A stretch of 64,000 nucleotides of DNA from IMG/VR virus record IMGVR_UViG_3300045988_065571; one strand, 5' to 3'. Shown here piece after piece: positions 18,810-28,431 of the stretch (the first letter of the stretch is position 1; every line of letters begins with the position of its first letter). The notes under the pieces were generated by a model. The model saw nothing but the letters and a program-made list of their open reading frames with translations. It was not told where the DNA came from and made no database searches. The stretch comes from a virus. The position numbers and the translations under genes are program-made.

Positions 18810-19333
18810 AATTCAAATCCTTACAAAGAGGAGATTTAGTCTTTACTCTAGAAAGAGACAGAAGATCAATGTACCCAATCTTTGACCGAGCTAAAGTAGT
18901 AAAGGTAGGAGAAAGTAAACCCAGAGCTAATGAAAATGGTGATGGCTTTTCTAATCTTATAGAAATTGTTCTTCAAGATTCCATTGGTACAGTAACCGTA
19001 TATTTACCTTCGGATGGGAATGAGGGTATTTATAACAATGTGTACTACACTCTAATTGGAAGTAATATTGTAAACGAAGTATCATTGCAAAGGTCACAGG
19101 CTCTTGGTATTATTAATAATGTAGGTAAATACGAGAACATAGTAAAGGAATGTGATAATATCCTTGCTATGTTCGAAAACAAAGAGCCAACTAATGGTAG
19201 TCAATTCAATGAAGAATTCGCTTCATTCAGGAAAGATGTAGTATCAGTATTACAATCACAACAGCAAGCCATAAACCTTATGATGGATTCACTTGGCTTG
19301 AATAAACCGAAGGAAAATCCAGATGGCAAGTAA
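18797..19333 (+). CDS. Hypothetical protein (178 aa); neck/tail-completion candidate by position
   Basis: Overlaps both neighbouring genes. No motif recognised. Confidence 0.35.
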   Translation: MEEMKFKSLQRGDLVFTLERDRRSMYPIFDRAKVVKVGESKPRANENGDGFSNLIEIVLQDSIGTVTVYLPSDGNEGIYNNVYYTLIGSNIVNEVSLQRSQALGIINNVGKYENIVKECDNILAMFENKEPTNGSQFNEEFASFRKDVVSVLQSQQQAINLMMDSLGLNKPKENPDGK

Positions 19334-19874
19334 GTCAGTAAACATAACTATAAGTACTCCCTTGGGAGACTTACAGATATATACTGACCCAAAAGAACAG
19401 GCTAGAGCTGAGAGGTTAATTGCAGAAACTCCCTCTATCATGAGGAATGCTTATGATAGAGCTACTGAGAAATTCGGTAATCAACTTCTCAGACTTGTGA
19501 AAAAATGCTTAAGAACTGGTACTCCTCCAAGAGGAACCCATTGGGATCCTCACTCGGCTAATACTATTAAACGATATGGAGAGCATACCCTTTTGAATTA
19601 TACGGGTCAGTATTTGAGATCAGTACAAATAGTAAAACAGAAGAATCGAACTTACGTAGGTATACCTACTAATCTTAAGAAAACCAGAAAGAATGATAGG
19701 ACTAGTAAAAGAACATTGAACCAAGTAGCTATCATGTTGGAATATGGTTCTAGAGGTGGTAATTTACCTCCAAGACCCTTATGGGCACCAGCTTTCGAAC
19801 AAATAGGTGGTAAGAAGGTTCTGAAGGAAACTATAGTAAGAGAACTTCGTAAAGAAATAAGGAAATATAGATAA
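19323..19874 (+). CDS. Virion morphogenesis / tail-completion protein (HK97 gp10 / Mu G-like)
   Basis: NYTGQYLRSVQIV...YVGIP ... MLEYGSRGGNLPPRPLWAPAFE resembles the tG.L..si ... E.G.....PaRPf pattern of this family. Confidence 0.45.
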   Translation: MASKSVNITISTPLGDLQIYTDPKEQARAERLIAETPSIMRNAYDRATEKFGNQLLRLVKKCLRTGTPPRGTHWDPHSANTIKRYGEHTLLNYTGQYLRSVQIVKQKNRTYVGIPTNLKKTRKNDRTSKRTLNQVAIMLEYGSRGGNLPPRPLWAPAFEQIGGKKVLKETIVRELRKEIRKYR

Positions 19875-20797
19875 TGGGATTTACAATAAGTAAAAATCAA
19901 GGTTCAGGTAGGACTGTTATAACAGTAACACCGGAAGAAAAGAATACTACAGATAAAGATATTATTCAAGTATTAACTGTAGAAGCTGTGGATGGTTCTA
20001 CTAAAGAAGTAAAACTTATTCATAAAAAAGGGGAAGATGAATGGGAATATGACTTCAGGGTTTCACCTACTGAATTATATTTTGAGCCTACGGGAGAAAG
20101 CAAAGAGGTTACTATTATATCTACCAAACAAAGGATAATCAATGGAAAGAAAGTTGGTGACCCAGTTAATGTAAACTATACCCGGGAAAACTCTGGAGAG
20201 GTATCTGGCTCTGGTACTACTCTTATCATGAGCTTAAATGATAAGATGTATAATGAACGAGTAGGCCAAGTAATTTTCACACAGGATGAATCTGGTAAAA
20301 CCATAAGTGTAACTTGTAAACAGGGTAAAAAGGAAACTTCGGGAGATATAGGTATAATCAAACTATGGTCAGGTCCCGGAGTTCCAGAGAACTATGTACT
20401 CTGTAATGGAGGTCAGGTAAGTATAGCTGAATATCCAGAATTATATGAAGCTATTGGAGATAAGTATAATACTTCTTCTACTAGGGCAGGCTATATAAGT
20501 GTTCCAGATTTAAGTGGTAGGTTCGTAGTTGGAGTAGATTATAATGATTCAGATTACAGTAGTATTGGTAATACTGGAGGAGAAAAGAGACATCAATTAA
20601 CTGTAAATGAGATGCCAAGCCATACTCACTCATATAATAAGATTCGTATCGAAACTCATAAATGGGGAGATAATGCAAACAATAGACCACACCCATTCTA
20701 CGATTCAGGAGCTCAAACTGGTTCAACTGGTGGTAATCAACCTCATGAGAATAGACCACCCTATTATGTATTGGCTTATGTTATGAAAGTAAGATAG
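19874..20797 (+). CDS. Tail fibre/receptor-binding protein: N-terminal BACON-like units plus a C-terminal phage tail-collar domain
   Basis: C-terminus reads IKLWSGPGVPENYVLCNGGQVSIAEYPELYEAIG ... VPDLSGRFVVGV ... GGEKRHQLTVNEMPSHTHS ... GGNQPHENRPPYYVLAYVMKV, the classic tail-collar pattern. N-terminus contains ..VIFTQDESGKTISVTCKQG. Confidence 0.75.
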   Translation: MGFTISKNQGSGRTVITVTPEEKNTTDKDIIQVLTVEAVDGSTKEVKLIHKKGEDEWEYDFRVSPTELYFEPTGESKEVTIISTKQRIINGKKVGDPVNVNYTRENSGEVSGSGTTLIMSLNDKMYNERVGQVIFTQDESGKTISVTCKQGKKETSGDIGIIKLWSGPGVPENYVLCNGGQVSIAEYPELYEAIGDKYNTSSTRAGYISVPDLSGRFVVGVDYNDSDYSSIGNTGGEKRHQLTVNEMPSHTHSYNKIRIETHKWGDNANNRPHPFYDSGAQTGSTGGNQPHENRPPYYVLAYVMKVR

Positions 20798-20806
20798 GAG
20801 GTAATT

Positions 20807-21508
20807 ATGGTAAATTCACAAGAGATAGTAGAGAGAACTTTCTATATATGTTTATTGAACGTTCTCTTAGAAAAGAAGATGGGACTTAATCCAGAAGATT
20901 ATTTACCTTTATCACCAGAGAATGAAAAGAGATTTCAAGAAGATAAGGAAGCAATAGATAAGTTTATTTACTTATTTGGTATAGGTAATAACCAGGTAAG
21001 AGGTCCTAAAACATGTCCCAGGATAACTATAGAAAGTACTGCTTATTATCCTGGAGATATCGGAGTAGAGAAATATATCATTGGAGATAAATTAGATGCG
21101 GGTAATTACCAAATGTCTGAGTTCCCCTATGAAACCAAGGATATCACTATCGATATTCACTTGGTAGCAACCACTCAGAATGATATGAGATTACTACATT
21201 CTATTCTTCATGAAGCTTTACCTACTCGAGGTTATATAAGACCTTACTTCAATGATTTAGAAGAATGGGATAAAGGTAGGATAGCTCCTACTGGGAATCT
21301 GTTTATAGAGATTGGTAATTTCTATGACCATCCAGATGAATCCCATGGATTATTGGAAAAGGTATACCAATATGTATGTAAGGATGGTATTATACCAGAA
21401 AAACTGGTAGAAATGGGGGATCTAATACCTATAAAAGATATAAGTCTTTTACTAGGACCCGAATACCAAAAGGACGAGGAGATGCTAAATCTCAATATAC
21501 ATGTTTAA
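20807..21508 (+). CDS. Hypothetical protein (233 aa)
   Basis: GGAGG lies 8 nt upstream of the ATG. No motif recognised. Confidence 0.4.
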   Translation: MVNSQEIVERTFYICLLNVLLEKKMGLNPEDYLPLSPENEKRFQEDKEAIDKFIYLFGIGNNQVRGPKTCPRITIESTAYYPGDIGVEKYIIGDKLDAGNYQMSEFPYETKDITIDIHLVATTQNDMRLLHSILHEALPTRGYIRPYFNDLEEWDKGRIAPTGNLFIEIGNFYDHPDESHGLLEKVYQYVCKDGIIPEKLVEMGDLIPIKDISLLLGPEYQKDEEMLNLNIHV

Positions 21509-21525
21509 CTCAAAAATTTACTAAA

Positions 21526-21918
21526 ATGAAAAAGTTAGTGTTTATGTTGATGGCACTCATGGCTTTTATTTTGCCAGTGTCATTGTTTGCTGCAGAAGTA
21601 GAACCTTCAACTGGTTCAGAGTTCGTAATCAATCTGGGTACCTTTACGGGTATAGTAACTTTGGTATCATCTTTGGTTACTCAGATACTAAAGGTAATCC
21701 CAGCTATCAAAGACAACAAACTTGCTAAGATTGGTATATCTGCCTTAGTAGGTATTCTTGTATGTCTTATAGCTTGGGGATTACAACTTACACCATTATT
21801 GGAAAACTATCCTTTCTACCAGGTATTAATTTATGGATTAGCTGCTGGTTTATCAGGATGTGGTTTCTATGATGTGATTAAGGCTATCGGAGGTTTATTT
21901 AAGAATAAAGAGGATTAA
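21526..21918 (+). CDS. Small multi-pass membrane protein with a signal-like N-terminus; holin-like
   Basis: MKKLVFMLMALMAFILPVSLFA is followed by three hydrophobic segments. The C-terminal GLAAGLSGCGFYDVIKAIGGLFKNKED has a charged tail, as in small phage holins. Confidence 0.35.
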   Translation: MKKLVFMLMALMAFILPVSLFAAEVEPSTGSEFVINLGTFTGIVTLVSSLVTQILKVIPAIKDNKLAKIGISALVGILVCLIAWGLQLTPLLENYPFYQVLIYGLAAGLSGCGFYDVIKAIGGLFKNKED

Positions 21919-21927
21919 TTTTCTAAT

Positions 21928-21960
21928 AATACCAGTAAGGTAACGATACTTACTGGTATT
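21928..21960 (+). terminator. Perfect 12-bp hairpin upstream of the sheath gene; terminator or attenuator candidate
   Basis: aataccagtaag (21928-21939) pairs with cttactggtatt (21949-21960) across a 9-nt loop. The downstream sequence is A/T-rich but has no clean T-run. Confidence 0.45.
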
Positions 21961-21996
21961 AATTAAATTAATGTATAACCTATAAAACACAAGGAT

Positions 21997-23757
21997 ATGT
22001 CAAAATCACCAAGCGTTGTTTTTAAATTCGAGAACAACAATGTTCAACAGACTACTCCTCTTTTAGGAGTATCATGTTTCTTGGCTAGAACTGAAAAAGG
22101 TCCCTATGATGATCCTTCAGAATTAATCACTTCTTTCTCTCAATTCCAAAGAATATTTGGTAAAGAGATTGTACCTGATGGTTCTGTATCTAACATAGAG
22201 AAAGCTTTAGTAGGAGGTTCTAAGCTAAGAATTATTCGTGTATTGGGAGCAGGTGCTAAGAAAGGTACCATTTCTAAAGCAGAAGACTCTAGAGTATTAG
22301 AAGAAGATGAGATTGAATTAGCTTCTGCTATACCCGGAGAAGTTCAAGCTTCTGAAGTAATGAAATTTACTTCTGGAGGTACGAATGTAAGCTTTGGTTT
22401 GGTAACTAAAGGATATGGTGATCCTATTGGTTCTGGAGAAACCTTTAAAGTAGGTTTTTCTAAATCAGTGAATACCATCTTCTATAACATATACGATGCC
22501 AATGGTTCCATCCTGGAATCAGGTCCGGTAATTACTTATAAAACTAAGGATGCTCAGAATAAAACTTCTGTAGATTACCTGGCTTTAAGCAACTTTGCTA
22601 GTAATTCTGCATATCTGGAACCTAAGATGGTAACCACTACCGATAAGATTAAATCTTTCGAAAACTTGGTAGCTTGGCTTCAGACTTCAATTGACCAAAC
22701 CGAGAATCCCCTAACTATCCAAGTTGGAGGTAAAGAAGCAACTAGTACTGAGACTATGTTCAATGGTACACTGGGTACTGCTGGTGCTGATCCTACTGCA
22801 GATGAATGGATTGCTTCTTTGGACTTGGTAAAGGATTATACAGATGTTTATCAGCTAGCTTGTTCTCATATTCATCAACATCTGAAAACAGATCAAGATG
22901 TTTTAAAAGTACATAAGGCTGCTAAAGATATGTGTGCTGAATTGCAAGAATATACCTATTACATCGAAGTACCTAAATATACTACTCATTATTCTGAGGG
23001 AACTCAGCCTAGAAATAAGCAGAGTATTATTACTTGGATTAATAACTGTTTGGGTAGTATCGGTAACTCTAGGTATGCGGCCTATTTTGCAGGTGGTATC
23101 AAGTACTACAATGAATTCGGATTACTTACTAATTCAGATGTATTGGGTACTATCTTCGGTTTGGGTGATACTTCTGCTTCTAACTATGGACCTTGGAAGT
23201 CATTTGCCGGTATGAACCGAGGAGTAATCTATGATGGTCAGGGCCCAGTAAGTCCTAACTATGGTAGTGATTCCCGTTACAATGAACTAAACGAATTGGC
23301 TCAGATGTATGCTAACATGATTGTAATCAAGGATACTCCATCCTCTGGTAAACAGACCATGTTATGGCATTGTTTCTCTTCTCAAGTAAAACAGGATTCA
23401 GAAAGATTCCTTTCAATCGTAAGATTGAATCTGTACTTGAAGAAGACTCTTCGTCCTATATTGAATAAGTATTTGGAAGAACCCAATATCTGGAGTACTT
23501 GGAAGAATATTTATCTTGAGGTAAAACCAATCCTGGATAATTTGGTAGATGAAAATGCTATGTCAGAGTATACATGGATAGGTGACCAGGATGCTGGCTC
23601 TTATTCAGAACTCTCTGTAAATAATGAAGCTGATGTCCGTCAGGGTAAATATAAAGTAATCCTGAAGTACAAAGACATTGTTCCTATGCAAGAAATTACA
23701 ATTAACATTGTAATCGATGCAGCTTCTAAATCAGTTAACATTTCAGAAAACGAATAA
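21997..23757 (+). CDS. Contractile tail sheath protein
   Basis: 586 aa, directly upstream of the gp19-like tube gene, with its own flanking hairpins. Called from size and order. Confidence 0.75.
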   Translation: MSKSPSVVFKFENNNVQQTTPLLGVSCFLARTEKGPYDDPSELITSFSQFQRIFGKEIVPDGSVSNIEKALVGGSKLRIIRVLGAGAKKGTISKAEDSRVLEEDEIELASAIPGEVQASEVMKFTSGGTNVSFGLVTKGYGDPIGSGETFKVGFSKSVNTIFYNIYDANGSILESGPVITYKTKDAQNKTSVDYLALSNFASNSAYLEPKMVTTTDKIKSFENLVAWLQTSIDQTENPLTIQVGGKEATSTETMFNGTLGTAGADPTADEWIASLDLVKDYTDVYQLACSHIHQHLKTDQDVLKVHKAAKDMCAELQEYTYYIEVPKYTTHYSEGTQPRNKQSIITWINNCLGSIGNSRYAAYFAGGIKYYNEFGLLTNSDVLGTIFGLGDTSASNYGPWKSFAGMNRGVIYDGQGPVSPNYGSDSRYNELNELAQMYANMIVIKDTPSSGKQTMLWHCFSSQVKQDSERFLSIVRLNLYLKKTLRPILNKYLEEPNIWSTWKNIYLEVKPILDNLVDENAMSEYTWIGDQDAGSYSELSVNNEADVRQGKYKVILKYKDIVPMQEITINIVIDAASKSVNISENE

Positions 23758-23774
23758 CATTAAAATCATAAAAC

Positions 23775-24239
23775 ATGGGAGCAAAAGTAAAGAATCCTAG
23801 AAAGAAATTCTTATGGAGCATCTCTTTCCCAAAACATCCTATCAATACGTATTTATTCCAGACTTGCCAACTTCCGGATATAGAGATTGACCAGGTTGCT
23901 CATGGAGATGTAAACAGGGATGTAAAAACTGCTGGTAGAGTTACCGTAGGTAATCTGGTAGTAGAGAAACTCTTAACTACTGCTGGTTCAGATACCTGGC
24001 TTCAAGATTGGTTATATTCTTGCCAAGATATGATAGCTGGAGGTGGGTTAGTTCCTAGTGAATATTGGGAAACTGCCATTGTAAATGAACTTGCAGAAGA
24101 TGGAGTATCTGTCCTAAATACTTGGCTGCTTGAAGAAGTTTGGCCTTGTAAAGTAACTGGCCTTGACTTAGATCGTATGGCTTCAGAAAACACAATAGAA
24201 AATATAGAATTTTCTGTCGGTACTTGCGATAAGTATTAA
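23775..24239 (+). CDS. Tail tube protein (T4 gp19-like)
   Basis: 154 aa. N-terminus KFLWSISFPKHPINTYLFQTCQLPDIEIDQVAHGD is typical of the tube family. Lies between the sheath and chaperone genes. Confidence 0.7.
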   Translation: MGAKVKNPRKKFLWSISFPKHPINTYLFQTCQLPDIEIDQVAHGDVNRDVKTAGRVTVGNLVVEKLLTTAGSDTWLQDWLYSCQDMIAGGGLVPSEYWETAIVNELAEDGVSVLNTWLLEEVWPCKVTGLDLDRMASENTIENIEFSVGTCDKY

Positions 24240-24275
24240 TTCTCTTAGTCATTTTCTTACTAGAGTTTTAGGTGG

Positions 24276-24318
24276 AGGGGTGGGATTCCTAGATAAGGAG
24301 TTTCACCCCTTTCTTGTT
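24276..24318 (+). terminator. Terminator candidate after the tube gene
   Basis: aggggtg (24276-24282) pairs with cacccct (24304-24310), followed by ttcttgtt. Confidence 0.4.
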
Positions 24319-24366
24319 GATACTTACCGCTACTATGAAATTATGAACTTTTAAAAATTAGATAAA

Positions 24367-25149
24367 ATGGATATGACACTAAGAACCTTAGTATTCACTG
24401 CTCCTTCTGGTAGACTTTTTGAAATCAGAGAGCAGAATGGTGAAGATGAAGAAATTATCACCAACCCGGTAGATTCAAAAAATCTTATGAATCTTACCAA
24501 GTATATTTCAGCAATAGTAGTTAAAACGAATGCTACTAAGTCAGGTAGATTAACCATAGAGGATGCTCTTAAGTTACCTTTGCTGGATAGATACTGTATC
24601 CTATTTAATTCTCGAATCTTCTCTTTGGGAGAAGAAGTAGAATTTACTTATAAATGGGATAACAAGGATTCTGTAACTTACTCTCAGGACTTGAGAGAAT
24701 TTCTTTTCGATTATGCAGTACTTCCTACAGAACAAGAAATGGAAGAAAAACCCAATGCCATTCCTTACTACCCGGGAAGAAAAGGAGAAGATGGATTTAC
24801 TCTTATGCAATATACAGAGGAATTGAACTCAGGTAAGGTAATCCAATTCGAATTGATGGATGGAGAAAAAGAGTCTCAGATGGTTCAGCTTTCACCAAGT
24901 AAACTTACTCGACACTCTACTCTTCTTCTTCGTAATCTTAAGTTAAAGGTAGATGATAAATTTGAGAAAGTAGAAAACTTCTCTTTATTCTCATCAAGGG
25001 ATATGGCAGAAATTCATCGGTTGGTAAATACAGTAGACCCAATCTTCCATGGATATACTCAAATCGAAAATCCAGAAACTGGGAACATGATGGATTACCC
25101 AATTATGGCTGCTCCTGATTTTTTCTACTTGACGGGAGATATAATTTAG
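24367..25149 (+). CDS. Tail assembly chaperone, zero-frame product
   Basis: Sits between the tube and tape measure genes. Ends 24 nt after a T_TTT_TTC slippery heptamer. Confidence 0.6.
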   Translation: MDMTLRTLVFTAPSGRLFEIREQNGEDEEIITNPVDSKNLMNLTKYISAIVVKTNATKSGRLTIEDALKLPLLDRYCILFNSRIFSLGEEVEFTYKWDNKDSVTYSQDLREFLFDYAVLPTEQEMEEKPNAIPYYPGRKGEDGFTLMQYTEELNSGKVIQFELMDGEKESQMVQLSPSKLTRHSTLLLRNLKLKVDDKFEKVENFSLFSSRDMAEIHRLVNTVDPIFHGYTQIENPETGNMMDYPIMAAPDFFYLTGDII

Positions 25150-25292
25150 AGGAAGATTACATATACATTACTCGGGCTGAGATAGTCTTAGACTATCTCA
25201 CCTTTTTGTGTCTACCCGTTCGTAAAAGAAAGAAATTCCTACTCATAGCTGAGAATTATTATAAACAAATGAAGAAGAAAATGTCAACATGA
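24367..25292 (+). CDS. Tail assembly chaperone, -1 frameshift-extended isoform (analogue of lambda G-T / P2 E-E')
   Basis: After the slip at 25119-25125, the -1 frame encodes LLDGRYNLEEDYIYITRAEIVLDYLTFLCLPVRKRKKFLLIAENYYKQMKKKMST-stop. This fills the otherwise non-coding 140-nt gap and ends on the ATGA that starts the tape measure gene. Confidence 0.5.
25119..25125 (+). promoter_or_regulatory. Slippery heptamer T_TTT_TTC for a programmed -1 ribosomal frameshift
   Basis: The zero frame reads gaT TTT TTC tac. The -1 frame is open from here to the TGA at 25290-25292. Confidence 0.55.
25178..25207 (+). terminator. Hairpin plus T-run inside the frameshift extension; attenuator or terminator candidate
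   Basis: Perfect 10-bp stem, tgagatagtc (25178-25187) with gactatctca (25191-25200), 3-nt loop, then ccTTTTT. Confidence 0.5.
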
Positions 25293-27211
25293 TAGGAGAT
25301 ACAAAAAGTTTAGTAGAAGTCGGGGTATCAATGGTACTCCGAGATAAGTTTAGCTCTGAAACCGGTAAAATTTCACAATCATTCAACAATATGATGAATG
25401 ATATGAATGACTGGAACAGGGCTATTCAGATGAGTGCAGGTAATGCTGTACAAAACAGTATGAAATTCCTTGGAGGCATGGCAGAAGCTTATCAGTATTC
25501 GGCCAAGGTCCAAGATACTATATTCATGGCTTCAAAGATTGCAGGAGCTACAGCTGAGCAACAAACCGAAATGATGCAATTAGCTCAAGCAGTCAATGCC
25601 GTTACTCCCCTGACTGCTGCCGATATTGCTTCTGGTCAAAGGTACTTAGCCATGGCAGGTAATACAGTAGAACAGATAAAGGATATGACTGGTCCTGCTG
25701 CTAAGCTAGCATCTATCCTTGGTCAACCCTTTGGAGGTAAAGGAGGTGTAGCTGACTTGATGACTAATATCATGTCAATGTATGTTATACCTTCTCAACA
25801 AGCTACTAAGGTTACAGATGATTTATATACGGCTGTAACTAACGCTAATATGTCTCTTACCGATTTGGCTCAAGCTATTACTTATGCTGGAGCTGACATG
25901 GCTAATGCAGGCTATGACTTAAGACAGACTGCGGCAGCTATTGGTGTATTGGGGGATATGGGTATTCAGGGTTCATCAGCTGGTACTGCATTAGCAAATA
26001 TGATCCGTTATTTGCAACTTTCTTTAGCCGACCAGAAAAAGAAAGGATTTAGTGCATTAACTAGTTTAGGTTTAAGTCCACAAGATTTCTTTGATGCTGA
26101 AGGTAATCTTATTCGATTAGATAAGGTATATCGTAAGTTTGGAGAAGCTCTTATGAATAAACCGCTTCTGGAAAGAACTAAAGCTTTCTATAATATCTTC
26201 GGAGTTCGAGGTACTCGTGATATTTCTAATCAGATTCGAAATATGATGTCTGGTTCTGATAAGATGACTAAGATATTAGAGCAATACGATAAGAACTCGG
26301 GTATAGTAGAAGAGGTTACTGAGGAAAGATTAAAGACTCCACAGGGTATCATTGAAGCTTTTAAATCTAACTTTGAAAACTTAGTAGTAAATATAGGGTC
26401 AACTTTAGCCGACGTCTTTAATCCTATATTAACTGTATTCACTAAGATATCTCAATGGGTACAAGGAATAGCTGGTACTATAGGAGGTCAGATAGTAGTT
26501 AAAGCATTAGCTTGGGGATCAATTACAGCTTTAGTAGTAAATGGCTATAGGTACTTAGCTGCTACTGGTAGAATGCTTTCTACTTATATGCAACAAACCA
26601 ATACCCAATCTCAGGCTACGGCAAGTGGAGTTAGTAAGTCTGCTTCTGCTGCAGCTGTATTAGAAGCTAGATTAATACATATCACTCAGATCATGAGAGA
26701 ACAGTATTACCTTCAAAAAGCAATGGCTTTCGGTTGGACTGCTGGGCCTAGAGGAGGTTGGTATGGACCTAACGGTAAACCCATTAGGAAGTTTGGAATA
26801 CCTGGCCCAACATTGGGAGGTCTTGGAGGAGGTACTACTAAACCACTTACACCTCCTGCCGGACCTGCAGTAGCTAGGTTAGGTATGAAAGGTTTATTCG
26901 GTAGATTGGCTGGATTCTTGGGAGGTCCTTGGGGGATGGCTATTGGTATAGCATTACCTCTTGTAGCAGATTATTTACCTAGGCTAATAGACTCACTGAA
27001 TAAGAATACTGATTCTAATCTATCAAAGGAAACTCTAACTAGCGATGAATACTTAACTGAGAAAATGGCAAGAGCTATCAGGGCAGCTCTACTGAATGAT
27101 AAACCCAATGGTACTGTTAACATTACTATTGATGGAGCTCCTGTTGGTTCTGTAGCTCCAGGTGAAACTTTAGGAGTTAATTATGCTACTCAAATTGGAT
27201 TAATACCTTAA
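25289..27211 (+). CDS. Tail tape measure protein
   Basis: 640 aa. TP901-type core (AGATAEQQTEMMQLAQAV..., DLAQAITYAGADMANAGYDLRQTAAAIGVLGDMGIQGSSAGTALANMI). Gly-rich and hydrophobic C-terminal third. Confidence 0.85.
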   Translation: MIGDTKSLVEVGVSMVLRDKFSSETGKISQSFNNMMNDMNDWNRAIQMSAGNAVQNSMKFLGGMAEAYQYSAKVQDTIFMASKIAGATAEQQTEMMQLAQAVNAVTPLTAADIASGQRYLAMAGNTVEQIKDMTGPAAKLASILGQPFGGKGGVADLMTNIMSMYVIPSQQATKVTDDLYTAVTNANMSLTDLAQAITYAGADMANAGYDLRQTAAAIGVLGDMGIQGSSAGTALANMIRYLQLSLADQKKKGFSALTSLGLSPQDFFDAEGNLIRLDKVYRKFGEALMNKPLLERTKAFYNIFGVRGTRDISNQIRNMMSGSDKMTKILEQYDKNSGIVEEVTEERLKTPQGIIEAFKSNFENLVVNIGSTLADVFNPILTVFTKISQWVQGIAGTIGGQIVVKALAWGSITALVVNGYRYLAATGRMLSTYMQQTNTQSQATASGVSKSASAAAVLEARLIHITQIMREQYYLQKAMAFGWTAGPRGGWYGPNGKPIRKFGIPGPTLGGLGGGTTKPLTPPAGPAVARLGMKGLFGRLAGFLGGPWGMAIGIALPLVADYLPRLIDSLNKNTDSNLSKETLTSDEYLTEKMARAIRAALLNDKPNGTVNITIDGAPVGSVAPGETLGVNYATQIGLIP

Positions 27212-27214
27212 ATT

Positions 27215-28141
27215 ATGGCAAGAATATTAGGAAAACTAGCAGGTAAGGTTGTTAAGAAATATAATAATCTTACCCAAGATACTGCTGGAGTACTTACCGG
27301 TCCCATAAATAAATTATGGAGAGCTAAGATACACCTTAACCGATTAACTTCGGGTTTACCTAAGGATACTGCTCCAAGAGGTAAACTGTTTAATCCTAAT
27401 GGGGCTTTGGGAGAAAGGGAAAGATCTTCCAAGAATCCAGTACTTAACAGTTCTCTTCAAAGTATTAGGAGATTACAACTTCAGCATGGGAATATTAAGA
27501 TTGACCGAGATGATCCTGCTCAAGGTAGGACTGTAGTAGAAAACAATAAACTTTATGGAGTAAGTCAAGATATAAGAAAACTGAACCAGGTAATCATATA
27601 TAATACTAATGTTAGCCCATACCAATATATTGTTTTACAGAATAGACCTCTGAGCTTTGACTTTAGAGGAGAAACAACTTGGGCTACCATTAAGTCTATG
27701 GGTAGAAATACTCCTATGTATCATTATACTGGTTCAGAAGATATTGTACAATTCAATGTATCTTGGTACTGTGATGATCCGGATAATCCTGCTGAAGTAT
27801 TAACTAAATGTAGGTTATTAGAATCCTGGAGTAAATCCAATGCTTATCAAGCAGCTCCTCCAATCTTACAGATTCAGTGGGGAAATTCTGATACTTTTGA
27901 AGGTCATTATTATATACTTACTTCTGCCACATATTCTCTTTCTAATTTTAGAAATGCTTCTAGACAACGTATGAAAGGTTCAGTAGATATAAGAGAAGAC
28001 CTAAATCTGTATCCTGCTACTGCTACTCAAGAATTAATCTTCAAACGAGTAAGCTCATATAGTTTATCTTATGAGGATATTGTTAAAAGTAAAGCTACAG
28101 AAAAGACTGTGGGTATTTTTACAACTGATAAAATTAAGTAA
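27215..28141 (+). CDS. Baseplate-proximal tube-like / tube-initiator protein (contractile-injection-system tube fold)
   Basis: VQFNVSWYCDDPDNPAEVLTKCRLLESW...APPILQIQWGNSDTFEGHYYILTSATYSLSNF matches the P.l.f.WG....f.g.i.s.....F pattern. Lies between the tape measure and the LysM gene. Confidence 0.4.
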   Translation: MARILGKLAGKVVKKYNNLTQDTAGVLTGPINKLWRAKIHLNRLTSGLPKDTAPRGKLFNPNGALGERERSSKNPVLNSSLQSIRRLQLQHGNIKIDRDDPAQGRTVVENNKLYGVSQDIRKLNQVIIYNTNVSPYQYIVLQNRPLSFDFRGETTWATIKSMGRNTPMYHYTGSEDIVQFNVSWYCDDPDNPAEVLTKCRLLESWSKSNAYQAAPPILQIQWGNSDTFEGHYYILTSATYSLSNFRNASRQRMKGSVDIREDLNLYPATATQELIFKRVSSYSLSYEDIVKSKATEKTVGIFTTDKIK

Positions 28142-28143
28142 CC

Positions 28144-28431
28144 ATGGATATAACTTCTTATTTAGTTGGAGCAAGTCCATACGATAATGGGTTTACTCTA
28201 AATTATGGAGATGGAGATTATTCTTTAGAATCCTACCCTTTACTTATACCCTCTTCTCCTAATGACTTTCAGCATACCTTGAAAGAGGGTGAAACTCTAC
28301 AGAATATCGCTTATAGGTATTATGGAGATTCTGGTAAATGGTATGTTATTGCTGAGTATAATAATATAATAAACCCGTTCACTGAATTAAAAGGTGGGAT
28401 GGTATTAATGATACCGGCTTATGGAAGTTAA
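28144..28431 (+). CDS. LysM-domain tail protein (P2 gpX-like)
   Basis: HTLKEGETLQNIAYRYYGDSGKWYVIAEYNNIINPFTELKGGMVLMIP is a LysM motif. Its small size and position before the gpD-like genes are as in P2. Confidence 0.7.
   Translation: MDITSYLVGASPYDNGFTLNYGDGDYSLESYPLLIPSSPNDFQHTLKEGETLQNIAYRYYGDSGKWYVIAEYNNIINPFTELKGGMVLMIPAYGS

Noticed and set aside
27208-27432. Minus-strand ORF at the junction between the tape measure gene and the next gene.
   Set aside because: It overlaps two co-directional + strand genes separated by only 3 nt. It is a shadow ORF.
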